A DNA stretch of 63,325 bases, filler included, from Octopus bimaculoides (lineage: Eukaryota), in NCBI RefSeq assembly GCF_001194135.2. It is 6 parts of 5 records of this genome, joined end to end, with 100 filler letters (N's around TTAATTAATTAA, not from the genome) between each part and the next. Parts side by side here need not be neighbours in the genome. Positions count along the whole stretch, not along the records: positions 1 to 1,643 come from NC_068987.1; positions 1,744 to 10,187 come from NC_068986.1; positions 10,288 to 13,823 come from NC_068984.1; 3 more parts are not named here. One strand, given 5' to 3'. The number at the start of each line of letters is the position of its first letter. Position 1 is the stretch's first letter. This document shows, piece by piece, positions 1 through 12,553 of the stretch. The position numbers and the translations under genes are program-made. The notes beneath the pieces are model-generated. The model saw only the letters and a list, made by a program, of their open reading frames with translations, ran no database searches and was not told the origin of the DNA.

Positions 1-1643
1 AGCAGCACCATAGTCAACTGCTACAAAGGTAAAAGTGACGCTTTAGATACAAATAATTACAGAGGTATCAAGTTGTTAGATCAGGTAATGAAAGTCACGG
101 AGAGGATCATAGCCCAACTAATTAGGGAGCGAGTCAGTTTAGATGAGATGCAGTTTGGGTTCGTGCCAGGGAAAAGCACCTGGTGCTATATTTCTGGTAA
201 GACAGCTTCAGGAGAAATACCTAGCCAAGGATAAACCTCTGTACCTGGCTTTTGTTGACATGGAGAAAGCTTTTGACAGAGTCCCCCTATCCCTCATCTG
301 GTGGTCAATGAGGAAACTAGGAATAGAAGAATGGTTAGTGAGAGCTGTGCGAGCCATGTACAGAGACGCTGTCAGTAAGGCGAGGGTTGGCAATGAGTAC
401 AGTAAAGAATTCCGGGTAGAGGTAGGAGTCCACCAAGGTTCTGTCCTCAGCCCTCTCCTATTTATCATAGTCCTCCAGGCGATCACAGAGGAATTCAAGA
501 CAGGATGCCCCTCGGAGCTCCTCTATGCTGATGACCTTGCACTAATTGCTGAGAAGTTTCAGGTGTGGAAGCAAGGACTAGAATCGAAGGCCCTTCGATT
601 CAACTTAGCTAAAACCAAAGTCTTAATAAGTAGGAAGGTAGACAAAACACAAACCCCTTCAGGTAGATGGCCCTGCTCGATCTGTAGAAAAAGCGAAGGT
701 AGAAACTCCTATAAGATGCACCCAGTGCAAGCTATGGACACATAAGAGGTGCGGCAATATCAAAGGAAGGTTAACTAGGAAGTTAGTTTTCATATATAGC
801 ATATGTTTAGGAGCTATAAACACTGTAAATGTGCAGAAAACAACTTCTTCCACATTTCAGGGAGAAAAACTAGACGTAGTTGATAGCCTCCGCTATCTAG
901 GTGACCAAGTTAGTAGTGGGGGAGGGTGCGCTGAAAGTGTAGCTGCTAGAATAAGAATAGCCTGGGCAAAGTTCAGAGAGCTCTTACCTCTGCTGGTGAC
1001 AAAGGGTCACTCTCTCAGAGTAAAAGGCAGACTATGACACATGTGTACGAACAGCCATGCTTCATGGCAGTGAAACATGGGCCGTGACTGCTGAAGACAT
1101 ACGTAGGCTCGCAAGTAATGAAGCCAGTATGCTCCGATGGATGTGTAATGTCAGTGTGCATACTAGACAGAGTCTAAGTACCTTGAAAGAAAAGTTGAAC
1201 CTAAGAAGCATCAGTTGTGGCGTGCAAGAGAGATGATTGTGCTGGTATGGTCATGTGGCGAGAATGAATGAGGATAGCTGTGTGAAAAAGTCCCACAGTC
1301 CAGCAGTTGAGGGAACTTGTGGAAAAGGTAGGCCCAGGAAGACCTGGGATGAGGTGGTAAGGCACGACCTTCGAACATTGGGTCTCACCGAAGTGATGAC
1401 TTCTGACCGAGACCTTTGGAAATATGCTGTGCATGAGAAGACCCGGCAAGCCAAGTGAGACCTAAATCCAAGACCTCTGCCAGAGGTGTAGCCAGCCCAC
1501 TTATGCATACCGTTCCTTTATTGGACACTAAACTCCGCTTGCGAAGACCTGTTGAGGCAAGTGAAATCGAAATCGAACTAAAGTCGACGACTGGCACCCA
1601 TGCCAATGTCGTCTCCTTTATTGGACACGAAATTCGGCTTGTG
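1..1643 (+). mobile_element. RTE-clade LINE, 3' part (frameshifted RT ORF plus 3' UTR); runs off the window start
   Basis: Frame 1 from base 1 reads NYRGIKLLDQVMKVTERII...DEMQFGFVPGKST. Further frames give FVDMEKAFDRVP, GVHQGSVLSPLLF, LLYADDL, RYLGD, ARIRIAWAKFREL and WYGHVARM...GRPRKTW, with a stop at 1458. Several frameshifts. The 3' UTR has a 100-bp-period duplication (cctttattggacac at 1515 and 1615). Confidence 0.92.
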
Positions 1644-1687
1644 NNNNNNNNNNNNNNNNNNNNNNNNNNNNNNNNNNNNNNNNNNNN

Positions 1688-1699
1688 TTAATTAATTAA
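1688..1699. other. Assembly spacer TTAATTAATTAA in the middle of a 100-bp gap (also at 10232, 13868, 35851, 62209)
   Basis: Same palindromic 12-mer, with stops in all six frames, embedded in N runs five times; at the first copy it sits between 44 N on each side. Confidence 0.95.
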
Positions 1700-2124
1700 N
1701 NNNNNNNNNNNNNNNNNNNNNNNNNNNNNNNNNNNNNNNNNNNTATATATTTAACGTATATTAATATATATATTATATATATATATAACTTTTATATACA
1801 CATAAATACTCACACACATATATGTGTGTGCGTATGTTTATGGATGTAGGCAAGAATAGAAGTATGATGGTACTAGCTAGTGGAGTGGAATGTGTGTGTG
1901 TGTTTTTGTGTGTGTGTTTTTGTGTGTGTGAGGTAGTCTTTATGATTAGACACTCTTCTTTTCACCAGTCCACTAAGTAACCATTTATAATGCACAGGGA
2001 CACAGTTTATTTATTCTAAAACCAGGATCCACCTCATCATCATCGTCTGTGTCATTAGTGTTGTCAGTGTCAGTGGCGGTGGCATCATCATCATCATTGT
2101 CATCATTGTTGAAATCACCAATTA

Positions 2125-2250
2125 ACAACCATGTTCCAAGCTGGTATGGGTTGAATGTTTTGACAGGATCCAGTGTAAAAGGACTGCATCATGCACCAAT
2201 GTCTGTTTTGGTATCATTTCTATGGCTGGATACCCTTCCTAACATCATCA
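2125..2250 (+). mobile_element. SINE/LINE-tail-type interspersed repeat fragment
   Basis: tttctatggctggatacccttcct resembles the tail motif seen on RTE-mobilised repeats; recognised from memory, not searched. Confidence 0.4.
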
Positions 2251-3132
2251 TAGTACGATTATAAAATTCAATATTAACATACGAACCATATATACAGACA
2301 TGTACGCACACACACACACACACACACATACACACACTCACGCACATGCATATACATACACATACACACACAAACATACACACCTACACACATACATAAT
2401 ACATACAGATGAAATATGAGACTAAGTTCAAGTTCCACCCAACTCTCTGAAGAAAATGTTTTATTTTTATCTTTAAAGAAACAATAGCCACAACATACTC
2501 TGCCCGCCACCAACTCACACGTTTTCTCTAAAAGGAATAAAGTATTAATTTCTAGCTCTATTCCCTTATGGTTGATATTTCAGTTCTTTTTATTTTTTTT
2601 TTTGCTTCGTTTTTACTTATTTTATTTTTGCCCCAGATATGAAAAGAAATATGTTCCTCTCATAAAGTTGGTTTCATATAACAAAGGTTTTTTCCCTTTC
2701 TGGTTTTTTTTTTTGTTTTTGTTTTTTTCTTGGAAGTGGGATGTATTAAGACAAGCAAGGAAACTAAATTTCATAATTTACACTATTNNNNNNNNNNNNN
2801 NNNNNNNNNNNNNNNNNNNNNNNNNNNNNNNNNNNNNNNNNNNNNNNNNNNNNNNNNNNNNNNNNNNNNNNNNNNNNNNNNNNNNNNNNNNNNNNNNNNN
2901 NNNNNNNNNNNNNNNNNNNNNNNNNNNNNNNNNNNNNNNNNNNNNNNNNNNNNNNNNNNNNNNNNNNNNNNNNNNNNNNNNNNNNNNNNNNNNNNNNNNN
3001 NNNNNNNNNNNNNNNNNNNNNNNNNNNNNNNNNNNNNNNNNNNNNNNNNNNNNNNNNNNNNNNNNNNNNNNNNNNNNNNNNNNNNNNNNNNNNNNCCTGC
3101 ACAGACGATTAAAAGTGCATTTTGTGCACTAA

Positions 3133-3331
3133 TTATGAAATAATATGATCTGCTGCTGAATCTATACCATTCACTATAGTACTATTCACTGAACCAGTGA
3201 ATAGTCGAAATGGAGTATCGTAGTGCAGGAGTGGATCCAGAAATTTCTGGTGCAGGGTAGATCTGAGGTTTGATTCATTGCAATTGAATATATCGAATGC
3301 AACTCTCTCTGTCCTTTTTGAATCTCTAACC
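3133..3331 (-). CDS. Putative terminal exon of an unidentified gene
   Basis: Pyrimidine tract plus cctag acceptor, then an open frame VRDSKRTERVAFDIFNC...ADHIIS*. No homolog recognised. Confidence 0.3.
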
Positions 3332-3367
3332 CTAGGATGCAAGCAAAAAAGCATAAACAAAGGTGCA

Positions 3368-3412
<45 letters not shown>

Positions 3413-3774
3413 ACATTCACACACTTACACATATCATGCAAGCATGCAACATATATACATTATACAAGCACACAACATACACACATACACACATATATAC
3501 ATGTATACATACATACAATAAAAACAGTAATTAGATGAAAATACAACAGACCTGATATTGTTCTGTGGGTGAGGGAACAAAAGTTATGCACTGTTGTAAA
3601 GGTCATTTACCCAACAGATGTAAATGTACCATCAAAAGTCCAGGAAAAAGACAACATTTATAGTGAATTAATGTGGAACTTTACCCTCTCCTGACTATAA
3701 ATTTTCATTTGTACCTATCATCATAGGTGCATTAAGCTACAGACCTACATATTTACACAAAAACCTAGAAATAC

Positions 3775-4021
3775 CAGTTATTTTGAAGAGCAAAAGAAAC
3801 CTGTTGTGGATTCTCCAAATTCAATCTATAAGCAACACAATGAAGATTTGTAAAACATTCCAAAGGTTCTCCACCTGAGATCTTTATATAAACAGATGCC
3901 CACACTTGGTTGAGTGCATCGATAGTCCAAACAACACACCAACTCAATGACAGATTTACAAACATCAGGAACTTTCTAAACTCAAAAAGTAATGTCACTT
4001 TGTTAGTGACCAGCTTGAACT
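3775..4021 (-). CDS. Putative internal exon of the same unidentified gene
   Basis: ttttaaaag acceptor, 247-nt open frame (FKLVTNKV...FALQNN), weak GTATTT donor, phase compatible with the 3331 acceptor. Confidence 0.25.
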
Positions 4022-4224
4022 CTTTTAAAAACTTAAATAAAACTAAAAAAACACATTTATTTCTTCGTTTATTCCATGCTTGCTTCAGTTAAGCAAAAAT
4101 GTTATTGAGGCATTGTTTTACAGTCAATCGCTCTTCTTGTCATTACTCCACACCTGTTTTTCAAGTAGGGAGTTATACATATTATGGGCTTCTGTACAGT
4201 TTCTGTTTAGAAGTTTTCACTTAC

Positions 4225-4345
4225 AAAGCATTGGTTACCCAAGGCTACAATGGAAGCCACTTGCTCAAGGTATCATACATTGAGACTGAACCCAAAGCCA
4301 TGTTGTCATGAAGCAAACTTCTTAACCACACTGCTATGCCTGCAT
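4225..4345 (-). mobile_element. tRNA-derived SINE head (family C: ggcatggctgtgtggttaag...)
   Basis: Reverse strand matches the copies at 7990, 49399 and 60665 (gtgtggttaagaag, gggttcagt, ccttgagcaagtg). Confidence 0.75.
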
Positions 4346-4372
4346 CTATTAATCCTTTTGATACCAACCCAC

Positions 4373-4421
4373 CTGAAACTGCATCTGGCTCTGTAGTACA
4401 AATGTCTTGCTTCCAAAAGTT
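4373..4421 (-). CDS. Putative 49-nt exon
   Basis: ttaattcag acceptor, NFWKQDICTTEPDAVS, CAG|GTGGGT donor, phase compatible with the 4021 acceptor. Confidence 0.2.
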
Positions 4422-6029
4422 CTGAATTAAAATCTTCCACCAAACCTTAGTCACAATTTATGTTCCTAACACTAGCTTAATGATAATTAAGTTGTTTTAC
4501 TAAATTCTTTATTATATTTAAAATTAATTGAAAGAAACATAGAGCATCTCAACAGAAATATTATAACAAAAGAATTAATGTTGGAAATTTTCTTTTATTT
4601 TGAACTATGAATTGTGGATTGAAGATGAAAAGAAAGAATTTTGACTTTGTGCTTAAGTTTTGATCCTGTATTTATTCATGCAAGTAGGACATCTTCCTTT
4701 ATCCTCAAGCTCATGGGGGAGTCTCTTCATGGTTTCTCAACCTACTAGAAATATCATCAGATCAAAGAATGCTATGGTCATGACTGAAACACAGTATGTC
4801 AAAGGTTGACTCAGAGTAGCCCTGGTGGTTAACAACAACAATAATGCCAGCTGGTCTTATGTCACCTCCATAATAGTACTCCTAACTCACCTGGCTCTCT
4901 TTTCTCATCACCTTTGTTGTGTCCACCCATCCACACACCTACTTTGATTTCACATTAATAACTACTACACACAGTCCTTCTTTCCGAAATGTCTCCTTCT
5001 TGGGATTTCTCCCTGCTTCTGTCTTTCCTGCATTCTGTCAAGTTAACAGCAGTTTGAGTGGAATGCTAAACAGCATCAATCTCAACAGATCTCAGAAGGT
5101 TTGTGGAAGTCAGAAGTACTGCTCCTTCTGCCAGACCTAGCAACTAAAAAAAAAAAAAAAATAACATTCTTTATGTTTGACTGTCTCTGTCATCTCCACT
5201 ATTTATTTAAATCTGATAAATGCATATTACTGTACATATGGTGTCTGCTAGAGGACAACACATGTACAGTAATATTCGTTATCATTCACAGTAGGCAGTT
5301 AATACAAGGGAGACAATCATTTCTTCATATTATTTGGTGGGATTAGAAGTTTGAATTTGAAATTAAGAAATAAGAAAAAAGGTAAGTAGAATACATGTAT
5401 TCATTCTTTCTTTGTTGTTGTTGTTTACTGATTACAAAGTACTTAAAATTTCTATATAGTGTTAATCAAGTATTGCATTATTTCGTCCTTTTTAGAAATC
5501 ATCAACAAGACATAAACAGAGACATATTAATTTTATGAAGCAAAAGGAACGGTCATATATCTTCTGCTAGTTTGTTTTGAACTTTTGTCAAGTACCAATA
5601 CCTCTGATACAACTTTACGCTCTAATTACTCTGTAAATAGATTACACATGAAAATAAATAAATATAGAAGGAAAGCAATAAAAAAGGCAAACAAAAAAAA
5701 AACAACTAGTTTCTTTGTTTCTTTTGCTTCAGCTTGTCAAAATGTCATTTTTATATACTATGGTAGGTTTACTTTAACTTTTCTCTTTAATCTATTTTCC
5801 TTTTGTGAAATTTAGTCACAAACTATAAATATTATTATTCATTTCATATTGAAATTGTCATTTCATACTCCTAATATACCTTTGATTGGCAAGTGTTTTG
5901 ACCAAAGGATATATAGCTGAAACTAAAGCATTGTATTACAGTATAGTCTTAGTACCCATTAAAAACCATATTTTTTCTATTGTTGACAATATCTAGTAAT
6001 CATAATAGCCCACATACTTATTTAACAAT

Positions 6030-6580
6030 CAGCTTTCAGGTCTCTCTTTGATGTGCTATAGATGTCCATAACATGAAAATTATATCTTATCTTCTCAGAT
6101 TTCTCTTTATGGTGTCCTTATAATGTAGGTGAGATCAACAACACTTTCTTCCTCTTTCAGGTAGTTGTGAGTACAGGATATGCCATCAACTCTGGTTCTG
6201 TATTAGTATGTGATATTGAGCTTGACTGGAACAGTACTTCTATCTTTTTGATGTTATATCTTGATACAAAATGTTTTTGAGCCAGTGAATAATGCAAGCA
6301 GTTGTCTGTATGTTCTGTGGTGCATGAGCAACTAATGTACTGCTGTTGCCGTGGAATAGTTCTCTTTCAAGAATCTGGGTGATTCTCATTTTTGTCATGA
6401 AATGGGCTGAGGAGGGCTGAAATTTGGTAGGACTGTATATAAACTCTGTTTTCAAGATCATGGAAGAACTTTACTAGTAATGCTGCAAGAAAGATAGAGA
6501 CCAGTGTAGGTGCTAATATACATTCTTGTTTAACACCATTTGTTAAATCAAGTACCGGGTGTGTCTCTTGCATTTTTCAC
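6030..6580 (-). mobile_element. Highly decayed, internally deleted RTE/BovB-like LINE fragment
   Basis: Reverse frames give NGVKQECILAPTL (the GVKQGCVLAPTLF motif), TQILERELF and HYKDTIKRNL. Confidence 0.75.
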
Positions 6581-6706
6581 CCTCGCCATCATTCCAGTTT
6601 ATATGGAATGTGAATTTCTCAGGACCACCTGTTTCATCAACAGCTACCATAGTCTGAACTTATCCATGATATCAAATACTCTTGTATTAAAGTCGATGCA
6701 CATAAA

Positions 6707-7031
6707 CTGGCACTCCATCAGTTTTGATGACAAGGTATTCTAGTTGATCCGATCAACAGAACAGCCTGTTCCTGAAATTAATGTGCAAGTAGCTGAGCAC
6801 TTCATTGACACATGTAACTTTAACTTAATTCTCAAGGAGATTCAATATGACACAGAGTGTGATAAGGCTGGCCCTTTGAAATACAAGTACTGCTCACTTT
6901 TGCCAGCTAAGTGAACTGGAGCAACATGAAATAAACTGTCTTGCACAAGGACACAATGCTTTGCTGGGAATCAAACTCACCACCTTACAATCATGAACTG
7001 AATACATCAACTACTAAGCCATGTGCCTTCA
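6707..7031 (-). mobile_element. tRNA-derived SINE (family A variant)
   Basis: Shares gaaattaa(c/t)gtgcaagt...aaggctggccctttgaaatac with the copies at 33365, 38465 and 52952. Confidence 0.8.
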
Positions 7032-7169
7032 CAATGTATAGAGCATAGAGGGGGTAGTACTATTCTACGCATTTCTCCTGGAGGTATTACAAGCAGAAGA
7101 TCAAATCTACTGTGCTTCAGTTTAGTTAGAAACTCCACTGTATTTCTCGTATTATATCATATTTTGAAA

Positions 7170-7368
7170 GGCGGCAAGCTAGCAGAAATGTCAACATGCC
7201 AGGCAAAATGCTTAGCAATATTTCGTCTGTCTTTAAATTCTGAGTTCAAATTCCACCAGCCAAGGTCAACTTTGCCTTTCATCCTTTTGGGGTCGATAAA
7301 TTAAGTACCAGTTATGTACTGGGGTTAATCTAATCGACTGCCCCCTCCCCCAAAATTTCAGGTCTTGA
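7170..7368 (+). mobile_element. tRNA-derived SINE (family B, core gtcgactttgcctttcatcctttcggggtcgataaa; resembles a Meta-type core)
   Basis: Match to many copies in this window. Confidence 0.85.
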
Positions 7369-7394
7369 GTTATGTGAGTATCAAGAGTAGCAGT

Positions 7395-7640
7395 GCATGG
7401 CTTAGTGGTTTTGATGTTGTACCCATGGTCATAAGATTATGGATTTGATACATGGACTGGATGATGCATTACATTCTTGAGCAAGACACTTCATTTCACA
7501 TTGCTCCAGTCCACTCAGCTGGTGAAAATGAGTAATTCTGTGATGTACTAGCATCTTGTCTTGGTGGGTAATATATATACCACAGAACCCTGGAAGCCAG
7601 CCAGATAAAATGCCAGTCATGTTTATAGATGTGAATTCGA
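7395..7640 (+). mobile_element. tRNA-derived SINE (family D)
   Basis: A-box-like tggcttagtgg and cttgagcaagacacttcatttcac core; related to 27400-27710. Confidence 0.6.
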
Positions 7641-7694
7641 GTCTCATGAACAGCTTTCGACTTTCTACTCAAAAGGTATTCTAATCCAATAGGT

Positions 7695-7945
7695 AGATAA
7701 TAAGGTAGGTAAGTAGGAAGTCAGGTAGATAGGTAGGTAAGTAGGTAGGTAGGTAGGTAGCTGAGTAGATATGTAGGTAAGTAGGTAGGTAGGTAGCTGA
7801 GTAGATATGTAGGTAGGTAGGTAGGTAGCTGAGTAGATATGTAGGTAGACAGATAGGTAGGCATGTAGGTGGGTAAGTAGGTTGGTAGGTAGGTAGATGT
7901 TGGTCGGTGGGTAGGGGGTAGGTAGATGGGTGGGTAGGTATACAT
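7695..7945. repeat. (GGTA)n-based composite repeat with three copies of gtaggtagctgagtagatatgtagg
   Basis: Visible tandem units. Confidence 0.9.
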
Positions 7946-7989
7946 ATATATCATATATATTTATAAACATAATAGAAGAATATATAAAG

Positions 7990-8150
7990 GTATGGCTGTG
8001 TGGTAAGAAGTTTGCTACCTAACCACATGGTTCCAGGTTCAGTTCCACCATGTATGGCACCTTGGGCAAATATCTTCTACTATAGCCTTAGGCAAACCAA
8101 AGCCTTGTGAGTGGATTTAGTAGACTAAAACTGACAGAAGCCTGTTGTAT
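7990..8150 (+). mobile_element. SINE family C, 5' half
   Basis: ggtatggctgtgtggtaagaag...ccttgggcaaatatcttctactatagcc...aaagccttgtgagtgg. Confidence 0.85.
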
Positions 8151-8555
8151 GTATATATATATTTTACTAGAACAAATATAGTTATACATGTATGTATATA
8201 TATTTATAAATGGTGTGTGTGCGTGTGAGTGTGTATATGTGTATATATATATGTATGCAGGTATACACACACACACACACACACACATATATACCTGTGT
8301 TTGTGTGTGTGTGTGTGTGTGTGGGTGTATGAATGTATGTACATGCATGCACTCATCCATATATGCATACCAATACATTCACAGACAAGCACACACACAC
8401 ACATATAGGCATGCATTCACACATGAACTGTTGAAAATGATCTGGGGAAAATTTGAGTGCTATTTTTAGCATGCTGAATGAATATCCCAATTGGTTTGAG
8501 AGCTTCCGAATTGATATCCTGTTGTGAAAAAGGGTACAATAACTCAGTGTGTGTG

Positions 8556-8587
<32 letters not shown>

Positions 8588-9014
8588 TGCGTGCGTGTGT
8601 GCGTGCGTGCGTGCATGCGTGTGTGTGTTAAATTGGCCAGATCTGACTTCTGCTATCTACCCTATAATTTCATTCTAAAAATATCCAATCAAATCACTGA
8701 AATCTCAAAGCTACAAGATAACACATTATTAATTGAAAACAATGTGAATAAATAAGCATTATATTTGACAGTGTAATCTGGATGCCAAAGGATTAAATAA
8801 TGGATTCAAATTCTGGCACAAGGCTAGTAATTTCTGTTGTATTTTGGGATGGTCATTTTTTTTCCTTGCCAAATAAACACACGTACTGTATATTCGTTCT
8901 TTACATGTTTATTACTCTTCTTATTGTCTGGAAATCTTTCATCACACACCGGTGACCTCTTCAGTGACTTTCCATCTCACTAGTAATTTCAAAGGAGAGT
9001 TTAAGATGATTATG

Positions 9015-9130
9015 TCACCCCCAGTGTTCAACTGGTACTTGTTTTATTGACCCTGAAAGGATGAAAGGCAAAGTTGACTTCAGAGGAATTTGAACTCAGA
9101 ACCTAAAGGCAGACAAAATGCTGACAAGCC
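9015..9130 (-). mobile_element. SINE family B fragment
   Basis: tgaaaggatgaaaggcaaagttgac...aatttgaactcagaac. Confidence 0.8.
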
Positions 9131-9822
9131 CACAAACATTAAATAATACCAGCTGAGTTATAGTATATCATAGTATCCACTTTTACACAAAGAAGTAAAA
9201 AAACAAATACAAGTCCTGAAACCAATGAGGGAATCTCAAGAAGTGGTTGCTCACATGCTAAAAATAGCACCCAAATTTCCTTAAGAAAATGAAAAGAAAT
9301 ATGGGATGGTCACATTGAAAACAACACTTTTGATCATTGTTCTGCTTGCTCGCTGGTGACCTTGGGTAATGGGAGTCTAAATGACAACAACACCATATAA
9401 AAAGCCTTTTATCAATAACCTGTTATATACAAGCCTTCACTATCATTAATTCTGTGAGTGTGTATGTATGTACCTTTGAATGTATTTATGTGTGTATATA
9501 TCTATGTGCATATGTGTTGTATGTGTGTGATGCTATATATAGATTTTTTTTTAGCAAAATAAAGCTGTTTACTAGTTGATTATTTAGTTTATTCAAGTAG
9601 ATATTTACTATCCAATGAACAGATATAGTTCATTGATCAAACAAAGGAAATCTATAGCAAATCTTGATCCTCTCCACCTCTGCCATCACTCATGACTATG
9701 ACCTACACCCACTACCACTACTGTCACTTCCACAAACACACCACACAAAACATTGCTTATTTCCTATGGACGCGCCCAAAAATTGATTGAAATGGTTTGA
9801 TATATATACATGTATATATATA

Positions 9823-10187
9823 TCTATATATATAAAAATGAGAATGTGTGTGTGTCTGTCTGTCTGTCTGTCTGTGTGAATCCCTAAAACTCGAGAACTA
9901 CGCAACCAATTTCATTCAAATTTTACACATGCCTTACTTAGGGTTCCAGTTGTGTTTTAGTCAAAAAAAAATTAACTTCTTGCAGAGTTCGAGCACACGG
10001 CAACATAATATCTCCTCCACTATTTAAGTATTACGTGTCAAAAGTGAAACAAAAACACTCATGTCAAATACTTTCACTTTAAAAATGAAACTATTCCACT
10101 AACTGAAACAATCACATTTCGATACTGTAGTGACAGATACTTTCACAGAGAGAGAAAGAGAGAAAGAGAGAGACAGAAAGAGAGAGA
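9823..10187 (+). mobile_element. Non-autonomous Helitron-like (DINE-1/HINE-type) element, 5' part, truncated by a gap
   Basis: A|TCTATATATATAAAA start, (GTCT)n tract, then ctcgagaactacgcaaccaatttcattcaaatttt core. No 3' CTRR visible. Confidence 0.6.
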
Positions 10188-10287
10188 NNNNNNNNNNNNN
10201 NNNNNNNNNNNNNNNNNNNNNNNNNNNNNNNTTAATTAATTAANNNNNNNNNNNNNNNNNNNNNNNNNNNNNNNNNNNNNNNNNNNN

Positions 10288-10322
<35 letters not shown>

Positions 10323-10349
10323 GTATGTATGCATGTATGTAATTGTGTG

Positions 10350-10558
10350 TCTCTCTTTGTTCCACCCACCATCACTTGACAACCGATGCTGGTGTGTATA
10401 CGACCCCGTCAACTAGCGGTTCGGCAATAAGGGAACGACAGAAAAAGTGCTAGGCATACAAAAAATAAGTCCTGGGGTCGAGTTTTTCGACTAAAAGCGC
10501 TACTCCTGCATGGCCGCAGTCAAATAAGCGAAACAGTAAAAGAATGAAAGAACAAAAG
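10350..10558 (+). mobile_element. SINE family C, 3' half
   Basis: acttgacaaccgatgctggtgtg...ctcctgcatggccgcagtcaa...aaacagtaaaaga; matches 49610-49795. Confidence 0.85.
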
Positions 10559-11073
10559 GATGTATATTAATGCATGTATGTTTGTATGTATGTATGTATG
10601 TATGTATGTATGTATGTATGTATGTATGTATATATGTATGTATGCATGTATGTTTGTATGTATGTATGTATGTATGTATNNNNNNNNNNGTATGTTTGTA
10701 TGTATGTATGTATGTATGTATGTATGTATGTATGTATATATGTATGTATGTATATATGTATGTATGCATGTATGTTTGTATGTATGTATGTATGTATATA
10801 TATGTATGTATGCATGTATGTTTGTATGTATGTATGTATGTATGTATGTATATATATATATGCATATATGTATGTATGTATGTATGAATAGCATTTGCAC
10901 GGAACAGGAGAGGGGACAATGTAAGATACCCAGTTTTTCCAGAGTTGAAGCAAAACATATTTAATTATTGATATATTAGTTTCTAACTCGACAAATCTGT
11001 TGCATTCGACACATTTATGAGCAGTAAAAATAATGTGTGTATATATGTATGTTCACGCAAACACGTGAACGTC

Positions 11074-11106
<33 letters not shown>

Positions 11107-12510
11107 GTGCACATACATAGAGCAGTGATTGATGTNNNNNNNNNNNNNNNNNNNNNNNNNNNNNNNNNNNNNNNNNNNNNNNNNNNNNNNNNNNNNNNNN
11201 NNNNNNNNNNNNNNNNNNNNNNNNNNNNNNNNNNNNNNNNNNNNNNNNNNNNNNNNNNNNNNNNNNNNNNNNNNNNNNNNNNNNNNNNNNNNNNNNNNNN
11301 NNNNNNNNNNNNNNNNNNNNNNNNNNNNNNNNNNNNNNNNNNNNNNNNNNNNNNNNNNNNNNNNNNNNNNNNNNNNNNNNNNNNNNNNNNNNNNNNNNNN
11401 NNNNNNNNNNNNNNNNNNNNNNNNNNNNNNNNNNNNNNNNNNNNNNNNNNNNNNNNNNNNNNNNNNNNNNNNNNNNNNNNNNNNNNNNNNNNNNNNNNNN
11501 NNNNNNNNNNNNNNNNNNNNNNNNNNNNNNNNNNNNNNNNNNNNNNNNNNNNNNNNNNNNNNNNNNNNNNNNNNNNNNNNNNNNNNNNNNNNNNNNNNNN
11601 NNNNNNNNNNNNNNNNNNNNNNNNNNNNNNNNNNNNNNNNNNNNNNNNNNNNNNNNNNNNNNNNNNNNNNNNNNNNNNNNNNNNNNNNNNNNNNNNNNNN
11701 NNNNNNNNNNNNNNNNNNNNNNNNNNNNNNNNNNNNNNNNNNNNNNNNNNNNNNNNNNNNNNNNNNNNNNNNNNNNNNNNNNNNNNNNNNNNNNNNNNNN
11801 NNNNNNNNNNNNNNNNNNNNNNNNNNNNNNNNNNNNNNNNNNNNNNNNNNNNNNNNNNNNNNNNNNNNNNNNNNNNNNNNNNNNNNNNNNNNNNNNNNNN
11901 NNNNNNNNNNNNNNNNNNNNNNNNNNNNNNNNNNNNNATATATACGTATACATACATATTGATATTTACATACATGTGTATATATATGCCTGTCTGTGTG
12001 TGCGCGTTATGTGTCTATGCGTGTAGATTTGTTTGTGCATGTGTACTTGTATTAGTGTGCAACCGTGTGTATGCGTCTGTGTGTGTGTGTGTATTTGTGT
12101 GTATGTGTGTGTGTCTGCGTGCGGGTAACTCTGTGTGTGTGTGTGTGTGTGTGTGTCTGTGTGTCTGCGTGTGTATACGACACATAATTCTTCACACCGA
12201 TTCCTCCGCCTGCCTTCGCCTCGTCTGAAGAAATTTCTCCCAGAGTTCTGATTCTGCGCAAGTTTTAGAAATTGCGAATTGTTGCAGACAGTGGGAATAT
12301 TGTAGTGAATACATTAACATATAGGTAGTTGATAACATAGAAGAGTATTGCCTTATATGGAGCAAATATATTGCCATATATGGACAAACAATATCATATA
12401 TACATATACAACTGAAAAACAAATTTTGTAATAGAGCATTTTTTATATTATTTCTAATCTATATAATGTAACTTATATACTTATATACCAGTTCCTTGCA
12501 ATATGTGAAC

Positions 12511-12553
<43 letters not shown>

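Noticed and set aside
1644-1743. Recurrent palindrome TTAATTAATTAA
   Set aside because: It always sits inside N-gaps, so it is an assembly spacer and not biology.
4245-4454. 69-aa ORF with a GTAAGT donor at 4224
   Set aside because: Most of it, including the donor, lies in a reverse-strand SINE head.
6140-6240. Strong plus-strand acceptor at about 6160
   Set aside because: It lies in the antisense of an RTE fragment and the frame closes quickly.
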